A stretch of 48,040 nt of DNA from positions 1 through 48,040 of the forward strand of contig DATECU010000271.1 in the NCBI GenBank assembly GCA_035286745.1, in the 5' to 3' direction. The notes beneath the pieces were generated by a model, which was not told where the DNA came from, ran no database searches, and was given only the letters and a program-made list of their open reading frames with translations. Positions 26,244-36,073 of this stretch are shown in pieces (the stretch's first letter is position 1; each line of letters opens with the position of its first letter). Made by a program: the position numbers and the translations under genes. The DNA comes from Vicinamibacteria bacterium (GTDB lineage: Bacteria; Acidobacteriota; Vicinamibacteria; Fen-336).

Positions 26244-27206
26244 ATGAGGAGTTTTCTCGGCGTGATTGCGGCGACCAGCCTCGCCGCCACTGCTGTCCAG
26301 GCTCAGGCGGTGAAGGTCGATCCTGGAATCCCCGGCTACCAGAAGGCGAGCGGCGTCTCGGGCAGCATCACCAGTGTCGGTTCCGACACCATGAACAACC
26401 TGATGGCGCTGTGGGGCGAGGCATTCGTCAAGCTGTACCCGAACCTGAAGATCCAGGTCGAGGGCAAGGGCTCGACCACCGCCCCCCCGGCCCTGATCGC
26501 GGGCAGCGCGCAGTTCGGCCCCATGTCGCGAGCCATGAAGGCCACCGAGATCGACCAGTTCGAACAGAAGTACGGCTACAAGCCACTGCAGATCCGTACC
26601 TGCCTGGATGCCCTCGCGGTCTACGTGAACAAGGATAACCCGCTCGACAAACTCACCCTGCAGCAGGTCGACGCGATCTTCTCGAAGACCCGAAAGCGGA
26701 GCGGAAAGGCGATCGCCACCTGGGGCCAGCTCGGCCTGACCGGCGACTGGGCCAACCGCCCGTTGAGCCTCTACGGCCGCAACTCCGCCAGCGGCACCTA
26801 CGGCTTCTTCAAGGAGCATTCGTTGCTGAACGGTGACTACAAAGACACCGTGAAGGAGCAGCCGGGGTCCGCTTCCGTTGTGCAGGGGGTCACCGAGGAT
26901 CGCTTCGGAATTGGCTACAGCGGCATCGGCTACCGGACCTCGGGTGTCAAGGCACTGGCGCTGGCCGAGAAGGAGGGGGGCAACTTTTCGACCGGCAGCT
27001 ATGAGGATGTGGTCGGCGGGAAGTACCCGCTCAACCGCTACCTCTACATATACGTCAACAGGGCTCCCGGCAAGTCCCTCGACCCGCTGGTCAAGGAGTT
27101 CCTGAAGCTGGTGCTGAGCAAGGAGGGACAGGATGTCGTGCTCAAGGACGGCTACCTGCCCCTGAGCGCCGAAACCGTGAAGCAGGAGCTGGCCAAGCTG
27201 GAGTAG
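26244..27206 (+). CDS. pstS: Phosphate ABC transporter substrate-binding protein
   Basis: SD AAGGAGG. Signal peptide ...AVQAQA. GSDTMNNLM, GKGSTTAPPALIAG, SGTYGFF. Confidence 0.92.
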   Translation: MRSFLGVIAATSLAATAVQAQAVKVDPGIPGYQKASGVSGSITSVGSDTMNNLMALWGEAFVKLYPNLKIQVEGKGSTTAPPALIAGSAQFGPMSRAMKATEIDQFEQKYGYKPLQIRTCLDALAVYVNKDNPLDKLTLQQVDAIFSKTRKRSGKAIATWGQLGLTGDWANRPLSLYGRNSASGTYGFFKEHSLLNGDYKDTVKEQPGSASVVQGVTEDRFGIGYSGIGYRTSGVKALALAEKEGGNFSTGSYEDVVGGKYPLNRYLYIYVNRAPGKSLDPLVKEFLKLVLSKEGQDVVLKDGYLPLSAETVKQELAKLE

Positions 27207-27218
27207 GCACCCGTCAGG

Positions 27219-27244
27219 CGCAAGGGCGACTAGGCGCCCTTGCG
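27219..27244 (+). promoter_or_regulatory. Intercistronic 10-bp GC stem-loop between pstS and pstC
   Basis: CGCAAGGGCG-ACTAGG-CGCCCTTGCG. Confidence 0.45.
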
Positions 27245-27267
27245 TGCTCGCGGGTCACCAGGCACCC

Positions 27268-29511
27268 ATGTCCCAGGCCGTCCTCGGAGTTCGCGAACGG
27301 GTCCAGGCCGCCAGCGCCCGCATCAAGGGGATGAAGCGGGCGGACCGCCTGGCCACCGTCATCATCACCCTGGGCGGTCTCATCGTAGTGTTCGGTGTCT
27401 TGTTCATCTTCCTGTTCATCCTGGGCGAGACCTGGCCGCTGTTCCGCGGCGCCCAGGGACGCTCTCTCGGTGTCTTGCCTTTGAGCCTACCGCCATCCCC
27501 AGACGGGGGACGACTGGCGGGGCCGCTGGTTCTCGGAACCGACGAGTACCAGATGTACCTCTATCAGTTGCTGGACGACGGGCGCTTCGCGTTCTACCGA
27601 GCGAGGGACGGATCGCTGGCCCGGGAACTCACCGTTCCCGCGCTGGCTGGAGCCAGGCCGACCGTCGCCTCGCGCAGCCTGGAGCACGACTTCATTGCGG
27701 TTGGCACGGCGGACGGGCGTGTGGTGCTGGCTCAGGTCCGCTTTCGTCCCAGGTACGCCGAGGCGGCGCTGGTTGATCTGGAGATCGAGCTGCGCGAGCG
27801 CGGCGCCATCGAGCTGGATCCGGCGCGCCGGCCGATTCGTTTGGTGTCGTACGACGAGCACGAGGGCCAGAAGGTGGTCGCCGCGGTCCTGGGGTCCGGC
27901 GACATCGTGACCGCCTCGGTCGGCGACGACGAGACCGTGCGCCGCTCCACGGTCAGGGTTGAGCCGGGCGAGAGCGTGACGGCTCTTGCCTTGGCGCGCA
28001 CTGAGGGTCTGGCGGTGGGGACCGACCGGGGTTTCCTGTACTACTGGGAGCTGTCTCCCGAGGTCCGGCTGGCCAGCCGCAATCCCGCATCGCCCGCTCC
28101 CCTCACGGCTCTGGCGACGAACCTGGGCGGGCTGTCGCTGCTGGTTGGGGATGCGCGCGGCGCCGTCTCGGCCTGGTTCCGGACCAGGCTCCAGGACCGC
28201 GACACCCAACTGGCCCTGGTGCAGGCTCATGTCTTCCCCTCCCAGAGCGCGGCGGTGACGGCAATCGGAGGTTCGGTCCGTGACAAGAGCTTTGCGACCG
28301 CCGCCGCCGATGGCTCCGTGGCCCTCCGCCACACCACCTCGGGCCGCACGCTCCTCAGCTTCCCGGGCGCCGGCCAGCCGGTGCGACAGGTGCTGCTGAC
28401 GCCGAAGATGGACGGCATCCTGTCGAGGCTGGCCGACGGCGGCCTACGTCGATACCAGATCTCGAGCCCACACCCCGAGTTCTCCTGGGCGGCGCTCTTC
28501 GGCCGGGTTTGGTACGAGGGGTACCCCAGTGCCGAATACGTCTGGCAGTCCACCGGCGGCACCGACGACTTCGAGGCCAAGTTCAGTCTGGTGCCGCTGG
28601 TCTTCGGCACCCTCAAGGGCACGTTCTACGCGCTGCTCTTCGCGGTGCCCATCGCCGTCTTCGGCGCCCTCTACACCTCGGTGTTCGTGCACCCGTCGAT
28701 CAAGGCCAAAGTCAAGCCGACCGTCGAGATCATGGCCGCCCTCCCCAGTGTGGTCATCGGTTTCGTCGCCGGCCTTTGGCTGGCCTCACGGATCGAGACC
28801 CGGGTGGTGCCCGTGCTGGCCATGCTGGTGTTGCTGCCGCTCTTCGGCACCGCCGGCATGCTCCTCTGGGATCGCCTACCGCGTCGAGCCCGGGACCGGC
28901 TGAAGCCCGGCACCGAGATCCTGTTGATCGTCCCCCTCATGCTGCTCGGTGCCTTGGTCGCCATCGGCTCCGGCCCGCGCTTGGAGGCGGCCCTGTTCGA
29001 CGGCGACTTCAAGCTGTGGCTCAACCAGGCCCTGGGCCTGGTGTACGACCAGCGAAACAGCCTGGTGGTTGGCATCGCCATGGGATTCGCCGTCATCCCC
29101 ATCATCTTCACCATCTCGGAGGACGCCTTCTCGAGCGTACCGGCCCATCTGAGCGCCGCATCCTTGGCACTAGGCGCAAGCCGCTGGCAGACGGCGGTGC
29201 GGGTGGTCCTGCCGACGGCGAGCCCGGGCATCTTCTCGGCCATCATGATCGGCTTCGGCCGAGCCGTGGGGGAGACCATGATCGTGTTGATGGCCACCGG
29301 CAACACCCCGGTGCTCGACTGGTCCGTGTTCAACGGAATGCGCACCCTCTCCGCCAACATCGCGGTCGAGATTCCCGAAGCACCCCATGGCGCCACTCTC
29401 TACCGGGTGCTGTTCCTGGCCGGTGGGGTGCTCTTCGCCATGACCTTCGCCGTCAACACCATCGCGGAGCTGGTGCGCCAGCGGCTTCGCGAGCGCTACC
29501 GGGCCATCTGA
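27268..29511 (+). CDS. pstC: Phosphate ABC transporter permease PstC, long form with ~400-aa extracytoplasmic propeller-like insert
   Basis: C-terminal core has multiple TM helices and EAA-type SAASLALGASRWQTAVRVVLPTASPGI. After TM1 come repeated blade-like motifs: VGTADGRVVLAQV, LGSGDIVTASV, VGTDRGFLYYW, VGDARGAVSAWF, AAADGSVALRH, LADGGLRRYQI. Confidence 0.88.
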   Translation: MSQAVLGVRERVQAASARIKGMKRADRLATVIITLGGLIVVFGVLFIFLFILGETWPLFRGAQGRSLGVLPLSLPPSPDGGRLAGPLVLGTDEYQMYLYQLLDDGRFAFYRARDGSLARELTVPALAGARPTVASRSLEHDFIAVGTADGRVVLAQVRFRPRYAEAALVDLEIELRERGAIELDPARRPIRLVSYDEHEGQKVVAAVLGSGDIVTASVGDDETVRRSTVRVEPGESVTALALARTEGLAVGTDRGFLYYWELSPEVRLASRNPASPAPLTALATNLGGLSLLVGDARGAVSAWFRTRLQDRDTQLALVQAHVFPSQSAAVTAIGGSVRDKSFATAAADGSVALRHTTSGRTLLSFPGAGQPVRQVLLTPKMDGILSRLADGGLRRYQISSPHPEFSWAALFGRVWYEGYPSAEYVWQSTGGTDDFEAKFSLVPLVFGTLKGTFYALLFAVPIAVFGALYTSVFVHPSIKAKVKPTVEIMAALPSVVIGFVAGLWLASRIETRVVPVLAMLVLLPLFGTAGMLLWDRLPRRARDRLKPGTEILLIVPLMLLGALVAIGSGPRLEAALFDGDFKLWLNQALGLVYDQRNSLVVGIAMGFAVIPIIFTISEDAFSSVPAHLSAASLALGASRWQTAVRVVLPTASPGIFSAIMIGFGRAVGETMIVLMATGNTPVLDWSVFNGMRTLSANIAVEIPEAPHGATLYRVLFLAGGVLFAMTFAVNTIAELVRQRLRERYRAI

Positions 29512-31148
29512 TGTCGCTCCGGAAGCAGGTCCAACGCGGCGAACACCTGATCTGGCTCACCGGAACCGCTCTCGGCGGGTCGCTTTTGATGATTGCCGGC
29601 CTGATCGCGGTGATCGCAGTTAACGGCCTCGGCTCCTTCTGGCCCCGGCCGCTGGTGCGGCTGGCCCTGACGGACGGCTCGGTCTTTCTGGGAGAGCAGG
29701 TCCAGAGCGAGACCATCCCTGACCCCGATCACCCCGACCACCCCAAGCGGGACCGCATCCAGCTCCGCGTGGGCAACCGCGACCTGCTGGGCTTCGACTT
29801 CAAGTGGATCGACGCGGACCGGATCGGGAGCCGCGAGCTGCCGCTCGCAGTCTGGTACGTGGAGCGTAGGGAGTATGGACCGTTGTTCGGCACACCCGTC
29901 GCGATCAAGAGCGGCGACCGCGAGGTGGCCCAGGGCGAGGAGGCGGCTGCTCGCCTGCCGGAGCTGGTGGCGCGGGCGGCTGGTGACCGGGCGGCCGTTC
30001 GTCGCCTCGAGAAGGACGAGATCGGCGACATCAACCACCGGATCGAACGCGCTCGCCTGGAACTCAAACGTCTCGACTTCGAGGCGCACCGAGCGCCCGC
30101 TCGGGACCTCTCGAAGCAGCGTGCCGCCCTCGAGCAGCGCACGGCTGCGGAGAAGGCGCGCTATCAGGTGAAGCAGGAGGAGTTGGCCCGCCTGCTCGAC
30201 AGCGTGGCCGGCACCTTCGTGACCTTCCGCACCGCGGATGGCACCGAGAAGGAGTTGCGCAGCCTGGACATCTTCCGTGCCTATCCGGCCAATGAGCTCG
30301 GCACCGTGGGCCGGCTCCGCGTCTATCTCAGCCGCCTGTGGGCTTTCCTGGTCGAGGAGCCGCGCGAGTCCAACACCGAGGGTGGCATCTTCCCCGCCAT
30401 CTTCGGCACCGTGATGATGGTGATGATCATGAGCGTGATGGTGGTTCCGCTAGGCGTGCTGGCCGCGCTGTATCTGCGCGAGTACGCCCGGCAGGGTCCG
30501 CTGGTTCGCCTGGTGCGCATTGCCGTGAACAACCTGGCCGGAGTGCCCTCCATCGTGTTCGGCGTGTTCGGCCTGGGCTTCTTCGTCTACTTCGTGGGAG
30601 GGAACATCGACCGGTTCTTCTTTCCCGAGTCCCTGCCCGCGCCCACCTACGGCACCGGGGGCATCCTGTGGGCGTCGCTGACGCTGGCCCTCCTCACGGT
30701 GCCGGTCGTGATCGTGGCCTCCGAAGAGGCGCTGGCTGCGGTTCCTCGCTCGATGCGCGAAGCCTCGCTGGCCATGGGCGCCACCAGGTTCCAGACCATG
30801 CTTCGAGTGGTCTTGCCCGCGGCGGCGCCGGGCATCCTGACGGGGCTGATCCTGGCCATGGCGCGCGGCGCCGGTGAGGTCGCGCCCCTGATGCTGACGG
30901 GCGTTGTGAAGCTGGCCCCCGAGCTGCCCCTCGATGGTCACTTCCCGTTCTTCCACCTGGACCGCAAGTTCATGCACCTCGGCTTCCACATCTACGACGT
31001 GGGCTTTCAGAGCCCGAACGTGGAGGCAGCCAAGCCGATGGTCTACACCACCGCGATCCTGCTGCTGCTGATCGTGCTCTTGCTCAACCTGACCGCCATT
31101 CTGGTCCGCAACCACTTGCGGAAGAAGTATCAAACCCTGGCCTTCTGA
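29511..31148 (+). CDS. pstA: Phosphate ABC transporter permease PstA, long form with coiled-coil-containing insert
   Basis: ATG overlaps the pstC stop (TGATG). EAA motif [30 protein letters not shown] ~230-aa insert follows TM1 ([15 protein letters not shown]...[16 protein letters not shown]). Confidence 0.9.
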   Translation: MSLRKQVQRGEHLIWLTGTALGGSLLMIAGLIAVIAVNGLGSFWPRPLVRLALTDGSVFLGEQVQSETIPDPDHPDHPKRDRIQLRVGNRDLLGFDFKWIDADRIGSRELPLAVWYVERREYGPLFGTPVAIKSGDREVAQGEEAAARLPELVARAAGDRAAVRRLEKDEIGDINHRIERARLELKRLDFEAHRAPARDLSKQRAALEQRTAAEKARYQVKQEELARLLDSVAGTFVTFRTADGTEKELRSLDIFRAYPANELGTVGRLRVYLSRLWAFLVEEPRESNTEGGIFPAIFGTVMMVMIMSVMVVPLGVLAALYLREYARQGPLVRLVRIAVNNLAGVPSIVFGVFGLGFFVYFVGGNIDRFFFPESLPAPTYGTGGILWASLTLALLTVPVVIVASEEALAAVPRSMREASLAMGATRFQTMLRVVLPAAAPGILTGLILAMARGAGEVAPLMLTGVVKLAPELPLDGHFPFFHLDRKFMHLGFHIYDVGFQSPNVEAAKPMVYTTAILLLLIVLLLNLTAILVRNHLRKKYQTLAF

Positions 31149-31158
31149 CGGAGGGGAC

Positions 31159-32004
31159 ATGGAGACCACCGTGGTAGACGACAGCCCCGTCCTCCGGATC
31201 CGGACCGCCGTTCGGGCGAGAGAGGTCGTTCCCCAGGCCGAGGTCGCCGCTCAGCCGGCGATCAGGATCCAGGGGCTCAACCTTGCCTACGTCGACAACC
31301 ACGTGTTGCACGACATCACAATGGAGATCGAAGCCGAGAGGGTCACCGCCTTCATCGGTCCCTCGGGCTGCGGCAAGTCGACCCTGCTGCGCTGCTTCAA
31401 CCGCATGAACGACCTGATCGACGGGGTCCGCGTCTGGGGAGACTTGAGCGTCATGGGGCTCGAGGTGAACGGAGCCCAGACCGACGTCATCGAGGTACGC
31501 CGGCGGGTGGGCATGGTGTTCCAGAAGTCCAACCCGTTCCCCAAGTCGATCTACGAAAACGTCGTCTACGGGCTGCGCATAGCCGGCATCCGCGACAAGC
31601 CCACGCTCGACGCCGCCTGTGAGCGCAGCCTGCGCAGTGCGGCGTTGTGGGACGAGGTGAAGGACCGGCTGGACCAGAGCGGGCTGGGGCTCTCCGGAGG
31701 CCAGATGCAGCGCCTGTGCATCGCACGCGCCATCGCCGTCGAGCCCGAGATCATCCTGATGGACGAGCCCTGCTCGGCCCTCGATCCCATCGCCACCGTC
31801 AAGATCGAAGAGCTAATCTACGAGCTCAAGGAGAAGTACACGATCGTCATCGTGACTCACAACTTGCAGCAAGCCGCACGGGTGTCCGACCGCACAGCCT
31901 TCTTCTGGCTGGGACGACTGGTGGAGTACGGTCCGACGGCGGATCTCTTCACCAAGCCCCAGGACAAGTTGACCGAGGACTACATAACGGGGAGGTTCGG
32001 TTAG
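31159..32004 (+). CDS. pstB: Phosphate ABC transporter ATP-binding protein
   Basis: Walker [10 protein letters not shown], signature LSGGQMQRL, Walker B IILMDEP, H-loop VTHN. Confidence 0.95.
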   Translation: METTVVDDSPVLRIRTAVRAREVVPQAEVAAQPAIRIQGLNLAYVDNHVLHDITMEIEAERVTAFIGPSGCGKSTLLRCFNRMNDLIDGVRVWGDLSVMGLEVNGAQTDVIEVRRRVGMVFQKSNPFPKSIYENVVYGLRIAGIRDKPTLDAACERSLRSAALWDEVKDRLDQSGLGLSGGQMQRLCIARAIAVEPEIILMDEPCSALDPIATVKIEELIYELKEKYTIVIVTHNLQQAARVSDRTAFFWLGRLVEYGPTADLFTKPQDKLTEDYITGRFG

Positions 32005-32010
32005 AACGGC

Positions 32011-32094
32011 AGCCATCAGCAATCAGCATTCAGCACTCAGCTACGGACCAAGCCGTTGTCGGTTGCTGACCGCCGACTGCTGATCGCTGAAAGC
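32011..32094. repeat. Heptamer-phased inverted-repeat element, copy 2 (short form), between pstB and phoU
   Basis: Left arm CATCAGC AATCAGC ATTCAGC ACTCAGC TACGG (32014-32046). Right arm CCGT...GCTGACC GCCGACT GCTGATC GCTGAAA (32053-32092). Hand pairing gives about 27 bp in blocks of 3-6 bp. Confidence 0.6.
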
Positions 32095-32127
32095 TACCCA
32101 TTGTCGCCTAGCGTAACCAGGGGCTCT

Positions 32128-32799
32128 ATGGAACGCCATCATTTCGAAGACGAGCTGCAAACCCTGAAGAACCGCCTCCTCACCATGGGGGCTCTGGTCG
32201 AGGACCGCGTGCACCAGGCGGTCACCGCCCTGGTCGAGCGCCGGCTGGAGGTCTGCGACACCGTCATCGCCGGCGACCGCGAGGTCAACGACCTCCAGAT
32301 CGAGCTGGACGACCGCTGCCTCAAGCTACTGGCGCTGCAACAGCCCATGGCTTCGGACCTCCGGCTGATCACGGCGGCCATGAAGATCAACGCCGATCTG
32401 GAACGTATCGGCGATCAGGCCGTGAACATCGCGCAGAACGCGCTCCGAATCCTGCGGCAGCCGCCACTCAGGCCCCTGCTCGACATACCCCGCATGGCCG
32501 ACCTGGCCGAGGCCATGACTCGCGACAGCCTGGACGCCTTCGTGCGCAAGGACCCGCTGCTGGCCCGCGCCGTGCTCGCGCGGGACGACGAGGTGGACGG
32601 TCTCAAGGACCAAGTCTTCCGCGTCCTGCTCACGCACATGATGGCCGACCCCGGCACCATCGAGCGGGCGCTCAGCCTGATCCTGGTCAGCCGCAATCTG
32701 GAGCGGATCGCCGACCACGCCACCAACATCGCCGAGGACGTGATCTTCCTGGTGGAGGCCAGGGAGGTACGCCACCACTACGAGGCTCAGGACCGATGA
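32128..32799 (+). CDS. phoU: Phosphate signalling complex protein PhoU
   Basis: Two PhoU repeats: DLERIGDQAVNIA and NLERIADHATNIAEDV. QQPMASDLRLI matches E. coli PhoU. Confidence 0.92.
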   Translation: MERHHFEDELQTLKNRLLTMGALVEDRVHQAVTALVERRLEVCDTVIAGDREVNDLQIELDDRCLKLLALQQPMASDLRLITAAMKINADLERIGDQAVNIAQNALRILRQPPLRPLLDIPRMADLAEAMTRDSLDAFVRKDPLLARAVLARDDEVDGLKDQVFRVLLTHMMADPGTIERALSLILVSRNLERIADHATNIAEDVIFLVEAREVRHHYEAQDR

Positions 32800-33524
32800 G
32801 TGCCGCGGCTCGTTCGCTGGCCAGCGCGCCGAACGCCAGTCTGGACGGCCGCCGCCGGGTGGTGGTGATCGAGGACGATCCCGACATCGCCGAGGCCATC
32901 GGTTTCCAGCTCGAAAAGGCGGGGCTGGCGGTGCGCTTGGCGAAGACCGGCGAGGAAGGGTTGGACGCAGCCCGCCGGGGAACCGACCTGGTGCTGCTGG
33001 ATCTGAATCTGCCCCACATGGACGGCCTGGAGGTCTGTCGTCTGCTGCGCCGGCAGGCCGCGACGGCGCGCGTCCCCATCATCATCGTCTCCGCCCGTGC
33101 CGAGGAGGCCGACCGAGTACTCGGCCTCGAGTTGGGGGCTGACGACTACCTGGTCAAGCCCTTCAGTCTCAAGGAGCTGGCCACGCGCTGCCGGGTGGCG
33201 CTCCGGCGCAGCGAGGATGGGGCGGAGCCGGCGGCCGTCTACCGTGACGACAACTGGGACATCGACTTTGAGTCCTATCTGGTGCGCTATCAAGGGCAAG
33301 AGCTGCGTCTGACGCACAAGGAGATCGAGCTCTTCCGAGCCTTGGTCGAGCGACCCGGGCGCGTGCTGACCCGAGATCGCCTGTTGACGCGGGTGTGGAG
33401 CGATGCTGCCGACGTCGATCTGCGCAGCATCGACGCCCACGTCAGGCGGCTCAGAGCCAAGCTCGGCCCCGCTCGACATCACATCGAGACCGTGGTGGGG
33501 ATCGGCTATCGTTTCGTGCGCTGA
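32796..33524 (+). CDS. OmpR/PhoB-family response regulator translationally coupled to phoU (extra paralogue)
   Basis: ATG overlaps the phoU stop (ATGA). REC residues are present (EDD, LLDLNLP, IIIVSA, DYLVKPF). Winged-helix C-terminus ...IETVVGIGYRF. Confidence 0.88.
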   Translation: MSAAARSLASAPNASLDGRRRVVVIEDDPDIAEAIGFQLEKAGLAVRLAKTGEEGLDAARRGTDLVLLDLNLPHMDGLEVCRLLRRQAATARVPIIIVSARAEEADRVLGLELGADDYLVKPFSLKELATRCRVALRRSEDGAEPAAVYRDDNWDIDFESYLVRYQGQELRLTHKEIELFRALVERPGRVLTRDRLLTRVWSDAADVDLRSIDAHVRRLRAKLGPARHHIETVVGIGYRFVR

Positions 33525-33590
33525 GGAAACACCCGCTCGGTCGGCCCGATCGCCAAGCCCAAGCTGGGCCAGAGGCCGATGCCGACCCGG

Positions 33591-35381
33591 TCACGCCACC
33601 GCGGGGTCGCGGCCGTCCCGCGGCAGGGTGAGGGTGAAGCGCGAGCCCTTCCCAAGCGTGCTCTCGACCCCCACCTTGGCCCCCATCCCCTCCGACGAAT
33701 GCTTGACGATGGCAAGCCCCAGGCCGGTGCCGCCCAGCTCGCGGCTGCGAGCCTTGTCCACCCGATAGAATCGCTCGAAGATCCGGCCCAGGTGCTCCGC
33801 CGCGATGCCGGGGCCGTCGTCCTCCACCACCACAAGCGCGCTCCCCTCGGGTCCGGCTTCGCTCCAAACGGCCACCTGGCCCGCTTCGGGGGTGTACTTG
33901 ATGGCGTTCTCGATCAGGTTGTGAAGGACCAGCCGCAGCCGCTCGGGGTCGGTTACCACCGCCGGGGCCCCTCGGCCCTGGTGACGGAGGCCGATGCCCC
34001 TGCGCGCGGCCAGATCGGCGAGCGACGCGGCGACGTCCTCAACCACCTCGCCCGGCGCTACCGGCTCCCACTGTGGTGGGCGTTCTCCGGACTCGATCCG
34101 CGACAGCTCCAGCAGGTCCCCCACCAGCGTGGTCATACGTTCGGCGTGGGTGCGGATCTTGCCCAGGAAGCGGCGGGCCAGCTCGGGATCGGCCAGGGCG
34201 CCGTCTTCCAGGGCCTCCACGAAACCCCGGATGGAGGTGAGGGGCGTGCGCAGCTCGTGGGACGCGTTGGCCACGAAGTCGCGCCGCACCCGTTCGACGC
34301 TCCGGCGCTCGGTGGCGTCGTGGAAGGTGACGACGGCGCCGTGAGAGCCACCCTCGTCTCCTGGGAAGGGAGCCCCGATCAGCGAGTAGAGGCGCCGCAG
34401 ATGATGGACCTCCACCTCGGCGGCCCGCCGCTTTCCGGTTCGCAGGACGTCTTCCAGCAGGACTGCGACCTCCCGCTGCCGGATGGCCTCCATGTAGTGG
34501 CGACCGATCGGGTCCTGGAGGCCCAGACTGGAGCGGAGCACGTCGTTGGCCAGGAGGACCCGCCCCTGGTGATCGACGGCCAGCACCCCGTCGTCCATGG
34601 AACCGAGGACGGCCTCGGTGCGGGCCCGGTCCCGGGTGATCTCCGTGAGCTGGGCCTGGAGGTGATCGGCCGACTGGTTGAGGATGCGCGCCAGCTCGCC
34701 TAACTCATCCTGGCGGCCCACCAGGCTGCGGGCACCCAGGTCGCCGCCGGCAAAGCGGCGGGCCGCGTCCATGATGGTGCGCAGCGGTCCGGCCAGAGAC
34801 GAAGACAGGCCGATGGAAAGAAACGCGGTGATGACGAAGGCGACGCCCAGGGCCTTCATCACCGCTCCCCGCAGCTCCCGCGCCTGTTCCTCCACGTCCT
34901 TGAGGCTCAAGGCCACCCTGGCCACGCCCAGGAGCCGTCCCTGGCGGCGGATGGGTACCGCGGCGTAGAGCAGATCGGCCCCGACGGTCGCGCTCCTCCG
35001 TACCCAGGTCCCCTCGCCCATGGCCAGGGCGTCCCGCACCTCGGGCCGACCGCCGTGGTTGTCGAGGGCGGCCAGCTCCCGGCCCGACGCGGCCGAGTCG
35101 GCCAGCACGCGGCCGTCAGGCGCGACGATGGTGACCCGCGCACGTAGCTCGCGGGCCGTCTCGTCCACCAGTGCGTCGAGCCGGGCGGGGTCGGCGGCTT
35201 CGGCCAGGGCCTGCTGAACGGTGTGTGCCATGAGGCGCGCCTCGGCGAGGAGCACCTCGCGAGTGCGTGCCATCGCGCGTCGCTTCAGGGCGGGTCCCGC
35301 CAGCAGCAGCACCACCAGCAGCGCCGCCGCCGAGGCCGCCACGGCAGTGACGGCGATACGAGAGCGCAAGCGCAAGATCAC
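33591..35381 (-). CDS. phoR: Sensor histidine kinase, PhoR-like (TM, sensor, TM, HAMP, PAS, HisKA, HATPase)
   Basis: GTG overlaps the upstream regulator's stop (GTGA). H-box SHELRTPLTSI, N-box HNLIENAIKYT, DDGPGI, GGTGLGLAIVK. Confidence 0.85.
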   Translation of the reverse strand: MILRLRSRIAVTAVAASAAALLVVLLLAGPALKRRAMARTREVLLAEARLMAHTVQQALAEAADPARLDALVDETARELRARVTIVAPDGRVLADSAASGRELAALDNHGGRPEVRDALAMGEGTWVRRSATVGADLLYAAVPIRRQGRLLGVARVALSLKDVEEQARELRGAVMKALGVAFVITAFLSIGLSSSLAGPLRTIMDAARRFAGGDLGARSLVGRQDELGELARILNQSADHLQAQLTEITRDRARTEAVLGSMDDGVLAVDHQGRVLLANDVLRSSLGLQDPIGRHYMEAIRQREVAVLLEDVLRTGKRRAAEVEVHHLRRLYSLIGAPFPGDEGGSHGAVVTFHDATERRSVERVRRDFVANASHELRTPLTSIRGFVEALEDGALADPELARRFLGKIRTHAERMTTLVGDLLELSRIESGERPPQWEPVAPGEVVEDVAASLADLAARRGIGLRHQGRGAPAVVTDPERLRLVLHNLIENAIKYTPEAGQVAVWSEAGPEGSALVVVEDDGPGIAAEHLGRIFERFYRVDKARSRELGGTGLGLAIVKHSSEGMGAKVGVESTLGKGSRFTLTLPRDGRDPAVA

Positions 35382-36073
35382 GACTCGTCCTCTCGGCTCA
35401 GCCGGTAGCCCAAAGACTTCACGGTCACGATGAACGGGGCCAGGCCGGGGAGCTTCTCCCGCAGGCGCCTCACGTGGACGTCCACGGTCCTGGTGCCCTC
35501 GGCGTAGGAGTAGCCCCAGACCTGCTCCAGAAGCGTTTGGCGCAGCAGCACGCGGCCCTTGGCTCTGAGCAGCGCCTCCAGCAGGGCGAACTCCTTGGCC
35601 GTCAGGTGGACCCCCTCGCCGGCCCACTTCACGGTGTGGCGCGAGGGGTCCAGGCTGAGCTGGGCAAAGCTCAAGACGGCCTCGCCTTCCTGGTCGCGGC
35701 GCTCGATCCGCCGTAGCAGGGCCCGGATCCGGGCCAGCAATTCCTTGGGGCTGAACGGTTTGACCACGTAGTCATCGGCTCCCGTCTCCAGACCCACGAT
35801 GCGGTCCGCCTCATCGCCGCGTGCCGTGAGCATCACGATCGGTCGGTCGCGGGTGCGCGGGTCGCGGCGCAGTTCGGCGCAGAGGGAGAGCCCGTCCAGC
35901 TCGGGCAGCTGGAGATCGAGAATCAGCAGGTCGAAGGGACCGGCCAAGGCCCGGCGCAAGCCCTCCTTGCCCTGGTCGGCCGACTCCACGGTCCAGCCGT
36001 CGCGGCTCAGGTAGTGGTCGAGCAGCTCCACGATATCGGGATCGTCCTCGACCACCAGCACCCGCTTCGCCAC
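35378..36073 (-). CDS. phoB: Response regulator PhoB/PhoP orthologue
   Basis: GTG start. PIVMLTARGDEADRIVGLETGADDYVVKPFSPKELLARIRALLRR is near-collinear with E. coli PhoB. C-terminus ...TVKSLGYRL. Confidence 0.88.
   Translation of the reverse strand: MAKRVLVVEDDPDIVELLDHYLSRDGWTVESADQGKEGLRRALAGPFDLLILDLQLPELDGLSLCAELRRDPRTRDRPIVMLTARGDEADRIVGLETGADDYVVKPFSPKELLARIRALLRRIERRDQEGEAVLSFAQLSLDPSRHTVKWAGEGVHLTAKEFALLEALLRAKGRVLLRQTLLEQVWGYSYAEGTRTVDVHVRRLREKLPGLAPFIVTVKSLGYRLSREDES

Noticed and set aside
28509-29510. 1-kb N-terminal extension of the pstA ORF (879-aa ORF)
   Set aside because: It lies in an alternative frame of pstC and is Arg/Gly/Pro-rich. The real pstA start is ATG 29511, which overlaps the pstC stop and opens with a normal TM helix.
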